NCBI GenBank assembly: GCA_001599295.1
Contig: BCGN01000006.1
Location: forward strand, 1,054,001-1,118,000
Length of the DNA stretch: 64,000 nt
Source of the DNA: Sporopachydermia quercuum
Taxonomy: Eukaryota
Direction: 5' to 3'
The notes beneath the pieces are model-generated. The model had not been told where the DNA came from and ran no database searches. It worked only from the letters and a program-made list of their open reading frames with translations. The first letter of the stretch is position 1. Each line of letters opens with the position of its first letter. Shown here piece after piece: positions 10,929-23,900 of the stretch. The position numbers and the translations under genes were made by a program.

Positions 10929-11428
10929 GAACCTGCTGGTGGTAGTCGTTTCCTATAAGATGAGGTTGCTGCAAGTGCTGGTTGTGAATTAGAATGAGAA
11001 GTATAGCTGTTGTACTTTTATTTGAGGAGTGTCCAAATGAGTATAAGAACGTGATATTCATATGTGAACTATAATCCGTGTCTTCTCTCTTACTTATGAT
11101 ATGTCAATTCATAAATAAATATTTAATTAGATACTTAGAGCGTTATAATGCTGATTTATAGGAGTAGAAAAATGTAGGAACAGTAAAACGATCACGTGAT
11201 GCGAAATGAAATTTTCGGAAATAATATTTATTTTTCTCCTAGAAAAGCGGAGACTATATCGATAATGTTGTATGATTATGTAATTTTATATCATTCCTTA
11301 TTCGAATTACTTTCCTGTTTATCGACCAAAATGCTCCTCTTATTATTCATCTAGTCTATCATCCATAGATTAACAGATCGATTGATTAGACAGACAATCA
11401 ATCAGGTTAGATATCGGAGAAGTTTAAT

Positions 11429-11834
11429 ATGGGAGGAGACGATAGGTAAGTTTATTTTTCTAAACTACAAAGGATTCCGTTGGAAAATAGTATGATTAAC
11501 ATGATGACTCAGACGTAGGAAGAATAAAGGTAGCAAATCCACTTCTGGTTCGCCTTCCCCTTCGCCGGGGCCAGTTGGAGCGTCAAGTTCGCGAAACGAT
11601 TTCCGAAATGACGAAATAGCAGCCCATATGAAAGAGCAGTATAATTCTGCTGTTAATAGAAGCAAGGTCCCCAACTCTGAAGTTCAGATTTATAGAAATG
11701 AATCAGGTAGTGGATGGTCCTCAACTGTTACTACAGGCAGAAAACGTGGATCTGGAACGACAAATTCTGGAAATAATACTCAGTCAGGTTTGGATATTTA
11801 TGGAGAGCTTATGAAAGGATTAAATAACAATTAA
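11429..11834 (+). CDS. Small uncharacterised protein, about 112 aa; exons 11429-11445 and 11513-11834
   Basis: ATG GGA GGA GAC GAT AG|GTAAGT ... GATTAAC ... CAG| joins in frame to the 11628-11834 ORF, giving MGGDDRRRKNKGSK...FRNDEIAAHMKEQY...QIYRNESGSGW...LDIYGELMKGLNNN. Confidence 0.7.
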
Positions 11835-12174
11835 TTATTATGTAATATATAAAACTCTATCAATATCATAAGCTTTTCACACTTTTGCCATTGACTATTG
11901 CTTTTTCCTTCCTTATTATTGATTATTTTTCACAACCAGATAATAGAATTCAACATGAAATAAATATCAATTAAGTCATGAGGAGATCCAGAGTTTACCA
12001 TAGGAAAGGCTCGGAATAACTAAAGTGCAATACGCGAAAAAACCGGGAGAAGTCCAAGTCAAGTGAAGAAAAAACTGGAAATGGGACTGGAATGGTTCCC
12101 GAAGTAATCCGAGAGAATTAAGTTTGTACCTAATTAATCAATAAATATATACGTATATCCGATACACTATATTA

Positions 12175-12186
12175 CCCCACAATAAT
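12175..12186 (-). promoter_or_regulatory. Mig1/CreA glucose-repression site upstream of FBP1 (second weaker site at about 12360-12368)
   Basis: ATTATTGTGGGG on the minus strand is an AT box plus SYGGGG. FBP1 is a classic Mig1 target in yeasts. Confidence 0.5.
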
Positions 12187-13499
12187 TAATGCAGTGTTGG
12201 ACGAAATCAAGACTAAAAACTGCGTGAAATATCCAGACAAGCATTATGACAAGAGGATGATCGTTAGATGGTAAGGAAGTGTGAAGTTCCGGAGACTTAT
12301 CAATGAGAAGCGGGACGAAAGGACTGAGAGAAAATAGGAGACAGCTGTCGAAGTGATGGATTGTGGGGAAGTTATATCGATTATTATTATTTTGGGTTGT
12401 TTAAAGTTGTTTTAAAAGAATGAGCTGTGTTGATGAGAGGATGGGATCAATGACATACATAAGTGTTGGAACGAAGTGAGTACCGCTTTAGATCAGATGT
12501 TTTAGATCAGGAACAAGGTAGAAAGAGATCAAAAAGATGTAGGATAAGCTGATCATTTACTTCATGAGATAAATTGCAGTGTCAACTATACATAAAAGTT
12601 GTTATCTTTCGATATTCTCATGATACATCTCGCTTGAAATTCGTTCCTGTCGGTCATTATTCAAATGGTGACAAGTCGTCCTCCATACTTGCTTCCGATC
12701 CCTAATAGTAATACATCGTATTTCTCCATACTTTTGTTCAAAAACTATCAGAACTATTATAACCTTTCTTACCATTTTACGATTCAATTTATTATCTATA
12801 CATTAATGCGGTATAATATCTGCATGATAAACTTGCAAAGCTCCTTTCCAGTCATGTCATTCAAGTTCCGGTTTTGACCTGTACGGAAAAACAAATAAAG
12901 TTTTGTTTACTTTCTTTTTGTAGACCTTGTCATTCTCTAAGAGCGAGATACATTTCATTTTGATGAGTGGTTAGTAGTTGGTAGAATTAGACCTGTCTAT
13001 ATTAATTGTGTAAGATGTTTAGCATGACGAGCTAATAGCAATTATTCACAGTATGTTACTAAGTTACTATATTCTTGAATGTTTTTTTCTTACACTTGAA
13101 CACTTGGCCTTCCTCGGTCGTATCAAATCCCCTAATTTTTCCTACCATACGTCCCTATGTCACTACAATGTCACATCAATGTCAAATTTCGCTAGGACAT
13201 TGTTTTGTCCTTCTCTTCTTCCTCCATTACGTACAAACCTAAGGTGCTCAGTTTTCATTGCCTTTCATGGCCAATTCCTACATCCTCATTCCTTCTCACT
13301 TTCTTCCTCCTTATATATTTCGTTTCTTGTTAATTAGTCCTGATTGTTGATTCTGTGTGTTATCAAGTATTGTAATATATTTAATTGGATTACTTACTAC
13401 GAGAATTGAACCAAGCCACAACCTTTTTCAACCGAAGCATAGGATAAGCACACATAACTTATCATCACTGTCAATTCCGAACCATCATCTACACTCACA

Positions 13500-14522
13500 A
13501 TGTCTACTACATCAGGAATCAATGAACAACCAGTTGAGACTGATGTTGTAACACTTACTAGATTTATTCTACAAGAACAACAGAAGTTAGGAGCTCAAGC
13601 CACTGGTGATTTGACAATACTTCTCAATTCTTTACAATTTGCTTTCAAGTTCATTGCTCATAACATCAGAAAATCAACATTGGTTAACTTATTAGGATTA
13701 GCAGGTAACACCAATTCTACCGGAGATTCTCAAAAGAAGTTAGATGTTATTGGTGATGAGATTTTCATCAATGCTATGAAAGCATCTGACAGGGTGAAAG
13801 TTCTTGTTTCTGAAGAACAGGAAGATTTAATTGTCTTTGAAGGCGGTGGAAGATACGCCGTAGTATGTGACCCTATTGACGGTTCATCTAACTTAGATGC
13901 TGGGGTTTCTGTCGGAACTATTTTTGGAGTTTATAGATTATTACCTAGTTCCAGCGGATCAATTAAAGATGTTTTAAGACCAGGTACTGAAATGGTTGCT
14001 GCTGGTTATACTATGTATGGTGCATCTGCCAATTTGATGCTTACAACTGGTAATGGTGTTAATGGATTCACTTTAGATGATACTTTAGGTGAATTTATCT
14101 TAACTAATCCTAATTTGAGAATTCCAAAAGCCAGATCTATTTACTCCATTAATGAAGGCAATGCTAAGTTCTGGGCTGAATCCACCCAAAAATTTGTGGA
14201 ATCATTGAAATTCCCTCCTGAAGGTAAGAAGCCATATTCTGCAAGATACATTGGTTCTATGGTTGCTGACGTTCATAGAACTTTATTGTATGGAGGTTTG
14301 TTTGCTTATCCTGCTGATGCCAAATCTAAGAAGGGCAAATTAAGAGTTTTATATGAATGTTTCCCAATGGCTTTCCTTTTGGAACAAGCTGGTGGTTTAG
14401 CAGTTAATGATGAAGGTAAGCGAATCATGGAATTAGTTCCTAAGGAAATTCATGAGAGATCTGGTATCTGGTTAGGTAGCGAAGAAGAAATTAAAAGCTT
14501 TTTGAAGACTGTCCCTAAATAA
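13500..14522 (+). CDS. FBP1: Fructose-1,6-bisphosphatase
   Basis: GDSQKKLDV, VSEEQED, DPIDGSSNLD, YSARYIGSMVADVHRTLLYGG and GKLRVLYECFPMA. Confidence 0.99.
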   Translation: MSTTSGINEQPVETDVVTLTRFILQEQQKLGAQATGDLTILLNSLQFAFKFIAHNIRKSTLVNLLGLAGNTNSTGDSQKKLDVIGDEIFINAMKASDRVKVLVSEEQEDLIVFEGGGRYAVVCDPIDGSSNLDAGVSVGTIFGVYRLLPSSSGSIKDVLRPGTEMVAAGYTMYGASANLMLTTGNGVNGFTLDDTLGEFILTNPNLRIPKARSIYSINEGNAKFWAESTQKFVESLKFPPEGKKPYSARYIGSMVADVHRTLLYGGLFAYPADAKSKKGKLRVLYECFPMAFLLEQAGGLAVNDEGKRIMELVPKEIHERSGIWLGSEEEIKSFLKTVPK

Positions 14523-15110
14523 ATAATTCTCTTAACCAATTTAAGGGAGTATTAATAACTTAACTTGTTCATTTTATTTATGGGAGAAATATTGTAGACG
14601 GTTCACGTGCGTATGTTGAATGTAGAGGAAAGATACGATTTAATGTTCATCCGTTGATTTATGGACTCACTGAAGTGTATTCTGATGTATATAGTTACTA
14701 GTATTATTTGGTTGAATTATAGAATTGATTTCATTTATTTGTTCTTGCTTCAAATGTTCTATTCAAAATAATGATCAAGCTCCTTTATTCCTTAGATCTT
14801 TTATTTGTATGATGATGATGCGCAGTTCTGCAATACATGCAAAGTGTGCATTTTATGCGTGTATTTGCATTATTCTACATAATTCTACATCACTCGGCAT
14901 ATTCCTGCAGCATCACTCATTCTTGGACATCCTTCATTCTCCACAAAATCAATCTTTCTTATCTCTTTCTTTCTACAATCCAAAAAGATACGTAAGTAAT
15001 GTAACTTACAATGGATCTGTATTGAACCTACTAAGTATTGAAAACACCTATTATTAGCACTATTAAGTTCATTCTTACAATAAGCAAATATATATACATC
15101 TAGTGATGAG

Positions 15111-16613
15111 ATGAAACACGCATCTCAGGTTGAGCGATTGCTCACATCGCATGTCAATAAGGTGCTCTCCAGACAATCACGAACGCTATTAAGAGTATCA
15201 GCTTTTATTCTGTCGGTGATATGCTGTCTTTGCGCAGGATCTATTTTACTGTTTTCTATATTTGCGGTTCAATTCCAAAGCCAATTGCATTATAATCAAA
15301 TTCAAATCAATGCTATCTCCATTGCTTCAGAACTGGGAATGTATCTACCGTTACCTGTACTTGGAATAGTAGCGGATTTATATGGGCCAGTGATCCTGGC
15401 ATTTTTATCAACAATACTATTCTGTCCAGGTTATTTCATAGCCAGTATAGTAGCAAAAAGCTCTATGGAATATGTCTTTATGTTACCAGCATTTGCTATG
15501 ATTGGTTGTGCTACATCATCCTTATATCTATGTTCTATTATTGCATGCACTAAAACGTTTCCTGAATATAAAGGATTGAGCATTAGTTTACCGGTTGCAT
15601 GTTATGGGTTATCTAGTTTGCTAGAAGCTCAACTGGTATTCTACTTTTTCCACAAGGAAAATGATCCTAATAGAATTGATCTTGCTCAAACATTCTTGTT
15701 CTTCTCTGGGTTGTATTTACTTACAGGTATATTCAACTGGCTATCTAGCTGTGTAGTAGTTTTAGAGAGAAACATATTAAGGAAAAACAGCGCCAGAAGT
15801 GCAAGTGATGATGGTTCTAGAGCACCTTTGTTGCATGATTCTGAATCTATTTCGTCATATGTTGAAGAAGGTAATAATGAAGACGATTCTGTTCATGAAA
15901 GTCTAGCCTTGATTACAATTCCTAGTAGACAAGAGGTCTCGTCTTACGATAGAAGATTTAAACGATTTTTGAAAGACCCTTCTACTTGGTTGCTCATGGT
16001 GAGTTTGTTTCTTACTGTTGGACCAATGGAAATGTTCCTCAACAATATGGGAAGTATCGGCTTGATGTATAACAGTAATATAGACACCTCGTCATTGGTA
16101 TCAATTCATGCGACGTTTTCAACTATCTCAAGGTTTTCTGTTGGTATTCTCTCGGACTATTTGTCATCATTCAATCGGAAATGGAGAATTTGTAGAGTTT
16201 GGATCATTCTATTAGCATTGCTACTTATTATCTACTCTCAAACCTTGTTCATAGCCAGTGATCGTTATATGTCAGAAGATGCATTGTATATAGTTGCCAT
16301 GCTTGAAGGAATGAGCTATGGAGTCATCTTCACTATATATCCAACTATTGTTGCTCATGTATGGGGATTAGAGTCATTTGGTTCAAATTGGGGTGCATTT
16401 ATGATAGCACCAGCTGCAGGAAGTTTTTTATATGGACTGACATACGCTGGTGAATACGAATCTAGATGTACGGTTTCATCAATCTCTCATGACAATTGTC
16501 TTGATCTTGTTTTCTATGGAGCATTACTGAGTTTTGGTTCAGCATTTATTTTCATCTGGATAGCATGGAAATATATTTGGTGTAAAAGGAATCCTGATTT
16601 GAGAGTGTTTTGA
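15111..16613 (+). CDS. MCH1: MFS transporter, Mch1/nodulin-like (monocarboxylate transporter homologue)
   Basis: About 12 hydrophobic segments with a central polar loop; CLCAGSILLFS, LGMYLPLPVLGIVADLYGP, GPMEMFLNNMGSI and YPTIVAHVWGLESFGSNWG. Confidence 0.85.
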   Translation: MKHASQVERLLTSHVNKVLSRQSRTLLRVSAFILSVICCLCAGSILLFSIFAVQFQSQLHYNQIQINAISIASELGMYLPLPVLGIVADLYGPVILAFLSTILFCPGYFIASIVAKSSMEYVFMLPAFAMIGCATSSLYLCSIIACTKTFPEYKGLSISLPVACYGLSSLLEAQLVFYFFHKENDPNRIDLAQTFLFFSGLYLLTGIFNWLSSCVVVLERNILRKNSARSASDDGSRAPLLHDSESISSYVEEGNNEDDSVHESLALITIPSRQEVSSYDRRFKRFLKDPSTWLLMVSLFLTVGPMEMFLNNMGSIGLMYNSNIDTSSLVSIHATFSTISRFSVGILSDYLSSFNRKWRICRVWIILLALLLIIYSQTLFIASDRYMSEDALYIVAMLEGMSYGVIFTIYPTIVAHVWGLESFGSNWGAFMIAPAAGSFLYGLTYAGEYESRCTVSSISHDNCLDLVFYGALLSFGSAFIFIWIAWKYIWCKRNPDLRVF

Positions 16614-17664
16614 ATGGTTGGTTTGCTACTAAGACATTGAGGTCCTACAACTTGGGTTTGAACGTTTATGATAGGCTTTCTGACATTCTAATGCATTGTA
16701 TGAATCTATATATGATTCATTTATATCTACTAGTTCGTATGTAAAAAAAAAGGCACTCTCGATAAATGTTTAATCATACCAATGTGAATTAATTGATAAT
16801 CCATTCCATGCAAGATCTTTTTAGTTCGTATGTTTCATACACCTATTGCGGACTACTCGCTATGACAAATGATATTGCGAAGTCAGAGTAGAGAAACTTT
16901 CCTCCAGACATAACATTGTCAATTTTTTTGACGTAGTAATGTCACAACTTAGAAAATTATTTATATCGGTCACAATTTGATCACTGGGTTTATATGGTTT
17001 TATTTATCCATAATTGGTTTTCCAGGACTTGCAGGATTAAGTTTGTTATTCCTCGAGCTTGTCTCTCGGAGCGATTACCCCATTTGAGAAGAGGTTGATC
17101 CTTCTTACCTTGTCATGATTGAAGGAGTTTTTCGGTACGCAGGATATGTCAATACACAATTGCTGGCTTTCCAGTCAGTTTAATTCAGTTATCAACCGAA
17201 TATTCAGCATCTTGTATAGCAACTGGAAATCATTCGTATACCTAGTTTATATATGCAATTGGCAGTTATCTCATCTCCTCGTAATTGTTGCCTAATTTAG
17301 GTTCATCTCCGAGTGAGATTTTGCTTAGTTTGTTTACAAGAAGAACAGGTGGCTGAATATTCTTCTGTACAATCAGTTCAGATTTCAGATTTACAAGGTT
17401 TATTCTTTGGCTATTTCTTCTCTCTTGCTTCATTTTCATTACATTTAAACACAGTTTGACAGATATAATAACATCCCTAAGTCTTGTTTATGTCAACATG
17501 TCAACACACAATTTTTTACTTAATTTTTAGCTCTCGGCTTTAGTAGTTTTTCCGAGGGTTTAAAACCGGATTAACTACACACCTAAGTACTTTAGAAACA
17601 CTTGAGATCTCCATTTTTAAACCTACATTCTACATTGAGATGTTATGTTTGCAGGATATTTTCC

Positions 17665-18017
17665 AATTGTCTTCAAAGAGGGTAACACTAAAGATCACAG
17701 ACTTTCCACGGTGGCCTTAACTATGCGTTGTCGTATCTTAACAGGCGCATATTATTTCCTCTAAAACCTACCTGTTCTCCTCAAAATTTCACTAGAGTAT
17801 TTCTATTTCAGCAAGTGTTTTATTTCCAGCTTTTCATCATATTTCCTCTTTCCCATCCTATTTTATTCTTTCTTTTTCTGTTCCCCTTAACCACCTTCTC
17901 ATCTTTCCAGCGTATAATGAGACGTGACGTCTCTCGTTTTCTTCCGTAAAGGGTAGTATTCTTTTTCTAACCGCTCTCAAGTAATTGTCTTCCGAGGGTA
18001 ACACTGAAGATCAGACT
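17665..18017 (+). repeat. Degenerate direct repeat of about 35-40 bp, two copies (17665-17703 and 17983-18017)
   Basis: AATTGTCTTC[AAA/C]GAGGGTAACACT[A/G]AAGATCA[CA/-]GACT; copies start 318 bp apart. Confidence 0.8.
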
Positions 18018-18495
18018 ACCTTAATTGAGCAAGAACTCAATGAAAAGTTATTTGTTTCAACTCAATGATTTCTCCCTAACGGTGATGTGAAACAATGGAT
18101 AGAAGTTTCACTTGCATAGAACCATATGAATTTGATCTACCAGGAATGAACGAACAAGATATAGCTGTTTCTTGGTGTTGAATATTTGTTTGCATTTGAA
18201 CTGGGAAATTCGTCAATAGCCTTTATTTTTTTCAGTAGTAAATAAGTAACAGCTGAGGAATAGGAGATAGAGGGAATTCTGTTACGTCAGTGGTGTCAGT
18301 GATATACAAAAGGACAACAAAAAGAATAGCTTCCTGTTGATTACTAGATTTATTCGGATCACAATTGCAACATAACTTTGAATTGACGTACTATCAACAC
18401 TTTTGCTTTTCTTTGAACGTCTAGGAAGCTGTTTAAATTATTAGGGATTCACCGAGCAGAGAATTATCCGTAACACAATAAACATATAATCAAAA

Positions 18496-20066
18496 ATGAG
18501 TGACGGTAAGCAGACATTTGATTTTATTATTTTTTATAATGTTTTATTATTCTATAAAACTTATAATCTGCTCAATTTCATATTTGATACCTGAGAGACA
18601 ATAATCAGATTGCTTTACAAGCGTAACTAACCGTTGCTTTCATAGTGCGTCTTTTGGATTTGGTGAAACCATTTTCATCATTCATCCCTGAAGTAGTCGC
18701 ACCAGAGAGAAAAGTCGCATTCAATCAGAAAGTAATGTGGACATGCGTGGCGTTGATCATTTTCTTAGTTATGAGTGAAATCCCATTGTATGGTATCACA
18801 TCATCTGATAGTGCTGATCCTCTTCTATGGCTTAGAATGATGTTAGCTAGTAATAGAGGTACTTTAATGGAATTGGGTATCTCTCCAATTATTACATCCT
18901 CAATGGTTTTCCAATTCTTAACTGGTACTCAGATCATCAGTGTTAATATGGAAGACAAGCAGGAACGTAATTTGTTCCAATCTGCTCAAAAGCTATTAGC
19001 ATTCCTTTTCGCTTTAGGTCAAGCTACAGTTTATGTCTTCTCTGGAATGTATGGTCCAAGACAAGAACTAGGAACTGGAGTTTGTTTATTGTTGATTCTC
19101 CAGTTAGTTTTTGCTGGTGTTGTTGTTATTCTCTTAGACGAAGTTCTACAGAAGGGTTACGGCTTAGGTTCTGGTATTTCACTGTTTACTGCTACATCAG
19201 TATGTGAACAAATTTTCTGGAAAGCATTTGCTCCAACAACAGTGAACAGTGGACGTGGTACTGAATTCGAAGGAGCAGTGGTTGCATTGTTCCATTTGTT
19301 GAACACCAAAAAAGATAAGAAAGCTGCACTAATTGAAGCTTTTTACAGGGGTAACCTACCAAATATGTTTCAAGTTTTGGCAACAATCTTCATCTTCTTC
19401 ATTGTTGTGTATCTTCAAGATTTCAGAGTTGAGTTACCTGTAAAATCTACCAAGACCAGAGGACCGTATGGCAGTTATCCTATCAAATTGTTCTATACTT
19501 CCAACACACCTATTATGTTGCAAGCAGCATTAACATCAAACGCTTTCATGATCTCTCAAATGTTATATTCTAAATTTCCCACTAATTTCTTGGTGAAATT
19601 ATTAGGAATTTGGGATACTCTTCCAGGATCATCCCAGTTATCCTGCGTTTCAGGTCTTGTTTATTACATCCAACCCCCTACATCTTTGACTAGTGCATTG
19701 ATTGATCCTATCAAGACTGTGATTTATATTGCTTTCACGCTTGCTTCATGTGCTTTATTCTCAACAACTTGGATTGAAATCTCTAATTCTTCTCCTAGAG
19801 ATATTGCTAAGCAATTCAAGGATCAATCTCTTGTTATCACTGGTCATCGTGAGTCATCGGTTTATAATGATTTGAAGAAGATCATTCCAACTGCCGCTGC
19901 TTTTGGTGGTGCCACTATTGGAGCTATTTCAGTATTTTCTGATTTGCTCGGTACTTTAGGTACTGGAAGTTCTATTCTTTTGGCCGCAACGACGATTTAC
20001 AATTACTACGAAATCGGAGTTAAGGAAGGTGGATTTTCTAAAAGCATTGCTGGCAAATTGAATTAA
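18496..20066 (+). CDS. SEC61: Translocon alpha subunit Sec61; exons 18496-18505 and 18646-20066, about 476 aa
   Basis: ATG AGT GAC G|GTAAGC ... ACTAAC ... CATAG| gives [13 protein letters not shown]. Also [30 protein letters not shown] and [15 protein letters not shown]. Confidence 0.97.
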
Positions 20067-20572
20067 CAAAAGCAACATCTTATGCTTCACTAATAACCAA
20101 GAATTTAGGAATAGTGTTCTTGGAGTTTATGATATGCTTACTTGTTATTCAGAAATCATAGACTCGCTCTCACCAGTTCCCAGACATTTACTTCTGTATC
20201 ATTAACCAAGTAACTATTAAACATGATATCTTTAGACTTCAAATATATATTAGTTAAAGTTGTCTCGTCGTAAGCACTACGAATTGCCTTGAATAGTCTT
20301 ATGATTTATACTACATATCTTGCATTATGGGAGTGTTAGTCAATTCAAGTAAGACCAATAAATTGTACAGGATGATGTGGCTGTCAATCTTCTGTGATCA
20401 TACAATCATATATAGATGAATCTAATCAGCCATTACTAGTATTCTTGATTATTATATACGTGATATTCAATAAGAATATAAATAAATAAGTAATTAGTTT
20501 GTTCTTAATGCAAAAATTACAGGTAATCAAGCAAAAAAATAAAAGTAAGAAAAAATTCGAATTGAAAAAGAA

Positions 20573-20660
20573 GGGCCCAACCGGGAATTGAACCCGGGAC
20601 CTCTCGCAAATTGCTTAAGGTAAACCCTAAGCGAGAATTATACCACTAAACCATCGGGCC
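20573..20660 (-). tRNA. tRNA-Pro(AGG) with a 16-nt intron
   Basis: GGCCCGA/TTGGGCC acceptor stem, A-box TGGTTTAGTGG, anticodon arm CTCGC-TTAGGG[intron TTTACCTTAAGCAATT]T-GCGAG, T-arm CCGGG-TTCAATT-CCCGG, and a downstream T-run terminator. Confidence 0.96.
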
Positions 20661-20880
20661 TCTTCGAAATTGTTACTGTCTGATCATACATCATTCAGTA
20701 AAATAAAATCAATTTTAAGAAAAATTGAAGAAATGTATTAGAATTCTTACTCTTTTTCCTTCTTCTCCTTCTTTTTCTTATTAATTAGAAAGAGAAGAAT
20801 GAGAGTAAATAATCAGCGAAGCAAATAGTATATATATATAAGGTACAAATAGAAAATAGATAAATGTAAAACGCCAATGT

Positions 20881-20900
20881 ATCACGTGAAAGGTCACGTG
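20881..20900. promoter_or_regulatory. Tandem E-box pair ATCACGTG / GTCACGTG (Cbf1-type bHLH sites)
   Basis: atcacgtgaaaggtcacgtg. Single CACGTG sites also occur near 6329, 11194, 14604 and 45637, all intergenic. Confidence 0.5.
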
Positions 20901-23900
20901 GGTGTAGTAATAAGTAAGTATAGCTGGTTGTTACAAAATTGCATATTTCATATCGTATTATGTGAGGAAATTAATAAATGAGAATGATGTTGCAATGGTA
21001 TAAGCAAACGTTTAATACTGATCAATGCTTCCACAACATAAATTTGTATTTACAGAAATAATAGTGTTCCAATAATTGAAATACACCTTTGGTAGATATA
21101 ACTCTTTGATAATCAGTATTCCTAAAAAGTGACTTTAAGTTTTCTTTCGTTTCATTGAGTCCAATGAGCTCCCCAGGTTAGTGCCCCTCTTTGGTTTTAT
21201 CTGCAAGAAGTTATCTACTTGTTGTCTATTTACACCTGCAAAACAAAAGTCTTATCAACTGAAATTTAAGGAAAATAATCGGAATAATCAAACGATAAGT
21301 TTATCTTTTGATGTTTTTGCTCCACTAATTTTTTGAGTAGTCATTCTCATTGTTCGGCGAAGCTACCCCCCATTCACTAGCTCTCTTACTCAGAAAAGTG
21401 GGGAGTGCATATCCAAAGGGGGACTTGAGGTGGTGAAAGTAAGACAACTTGCAGCATATAACATATTAGTAGATTAGATTCCGGTGAGCCTGATTTTTTA
21501 CAAGATGACATTGGTTGTGCGGCTATACATGAAAAGAAAAGCATAGGACGGCAATACTGCGAAATGCAATAAGAGAGCAGTGGAAGCATGTTTGATTCAG
21601 TAAAGAGGGGATGGGNTGCTCCACCAGAACCCCACATTAGGTACGTACTGTTGGGTACAAGAACATGTGCATTCAGGGAAGAAAAATGCGGGACATATTG
21701 TCGAAATTGAAACTGGATAGTTTAAATAGTGTAAGCTTGATCTTTATTTTTTTTATTTGCTAGGCTTTCAGTTGACGGTTTAGCATGAATGTTTACGGAA
21801 CATCTTGCAGTAAGTTGTATTTGACTTCCTTAAACAGTAAAATAGGGTTTAAGGTTACGAATTACAGTTTGACATCTTAAACTTTATTTGGAACAATGCA
21901 CTGACGTTAAGTAAATAGGTCTGTCAAAAGCAATTGAATGAAGGAGCAGAAGTAGAGGGGAAGAAGAATCAGGAGCGAAAAATATAGAGGAAACCGGGTT
22001 TTAGTTAGTGTAAAAAATTCATTTCGAGAATTGTTGTTCTGCATAATTAGTATCAGGATTGGAATGTAATTCACAGCTCAGTGATCAGTGGTGGTCTATT
22101 TGTTCGTCTTCAACTCATCGGGATTCTTTCCTCCAAGAAAAAATAAGTTTTGAACAACATTTCAAGCATCTAAATTACGAGTTTAAGACCAAAGCGTTTG
22201 CTTTTCAAAGTCTATTCAATAAGCAAGGCACCTGAAAATAGTTGTATACTTAGATGAAACATCAGGTATTCAGGAACAATGGAAGTAGTTTGTCTGAGAT
22301 GAGGCTTATAGTAGTGCAATAACTCAATATTAAACCTCAGCTCACTGGTGCCTCTAGTATTTCCTGAGAAAGCTTGATTTACGTAGAAAATAAAAAAATA
22401 AAGGAAATATTAATGCATTAATTAATTGTCTTATCCATTTTTAAATACTAATATCTCTGAAGTCAGAAAAGCTTTTATTGATTGAAGTGAGATTCATGAT
22501 AAATCAATGAATACACTTCTGAGACGCTCGTCTAATCGCTTAAACGTTAAATCTTAAATAGGAAGCTATTTATTTTTCCATTTTTCATCTTTAACCTATT
22601 GGAAATTGAACTAACTGGTCATTCCTCTTATATATGAAAGCTCACTATTGTTGTTTTACATTTGGAATTCAAATCAATTTACATTCCATTCAATCCGTGT
22701 TTTTCTATTGCTTCTTTTCCTTCTTTTGCTGTGTAAAGATCATTGTTCAGAAAGCAAAATTAGTAGTCCCAAATAACATTAGCATTTCAATCTCATCTAT
22801 TTAATGTGAACCTTAATATTCTGAAAAAATCCGGGAAAATAGAACACTAGAATCTTAGACAGATTTATCAACAACCTTCATGTCCATTTCATAAGCATGA
22901 AGTTGGACATCCTGGGCGTGAGACGGAGCTCACGGAACAGTTTTCCCGTCATCCTTGGGTTTAGTTGAGTAGGTGTTACATTTCCACTAGTATCAAGCAA
23001 CCCATTACAAGTCTTAACGGATTACTACAAGATTGCTTAATTTTCTCAATCTCTCAGTATTGTGAATTGAATTAACAATTCAACTTGATTTATATTATAA
23101 ATAACTGTCCAACTTGTAATATTTGTTGTATATACATAAAAAGGGGATAAGTCAGTCTTCTTGGATTGACCCAGGGATTCTACAGTTTACCTTTGGATTT
23201 CCACTATCCGAGGTTGGTCAGATCTCCACATATTGCCATACCTACATTCTCCTTCTGGAATGTCTTCCGTAGTTGACATCACAACAATATAAAATCAATT
23301 TTCAGTCCAATTCTATATTAATTACTCTCTCTTATCAGAAATCAGCCCACCTACGTATACCTTTACTTTTCCTTTCTTTCTTTATTTCTATTTATTAGCA
23401 CTCATTTCGAGAAAGACTCGTCCGATATACTGCGAAAAAAGAATTACCTATATAAGGTTTAGTTTTAAATTAAGATGCNTATAACGTTTACAAACCTTAA
23501 TCTAATTTCGTTATGACACTTTACACTACATCAAACAATGATGTTGCAATTTCTCAATCCTGAAAGGCTCAAAAAATAGCCGAACCATTCATTGAAATCA
23601 GGATAGAAGAGGGGCTAGTGGAGAAAATAATTCATTATTACAATNATGAGATTCAATTGGTTGGAAATGCCATCGTTGTGCCTTCTGTGCGTCTAAAGTT
23701 TTTGTCTTTCTACTCGCGATGTCCTCTTCGCCTATAAGTATCAGCTATACCCCCATTGCTACAGCTGATGGTGAAATCACTTAAATTCAAGATAAGTAAA
23801 AGAATGTAGTAGTTGTCACTTTAACTTTCTTGTAATTCATTGATTTCATAAACTGCTTTCCGGCTTATTTGAACATCCCATATAGCAACCGTCCCTCTTC

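Noticed and set aside
12311..12323. Cat8/Sip4 CSRE upstream of FBP1 (CGGGACGAAAGGA)
   Set aside because: Spacing is one base longer than the consensus, so it cannot be called.
16731..16833. 12-bp direct repeat TAGTTCGTATGT as a target-site duplication
   Set aside because: The enclosed ~80 bp has no terminal repeats or element features; compatible with a local duplication or chance.
17665..18017. CRISPR-like array or telomerase RNA template
   Set aside because: Only two diverged copies 318 bp apart in a eukaryote, with no supporting telomerase RNA elements and no telomere sequence available for comparison.
20700..21000. Point centromere (CDEI-like RTCACGTG beside AT-rich DNA)
   Set aside because: No CDEIII CCG element at the expected spacing, the flanks are not AT-rich enough, and the lineage is not expected to have point centromeres.
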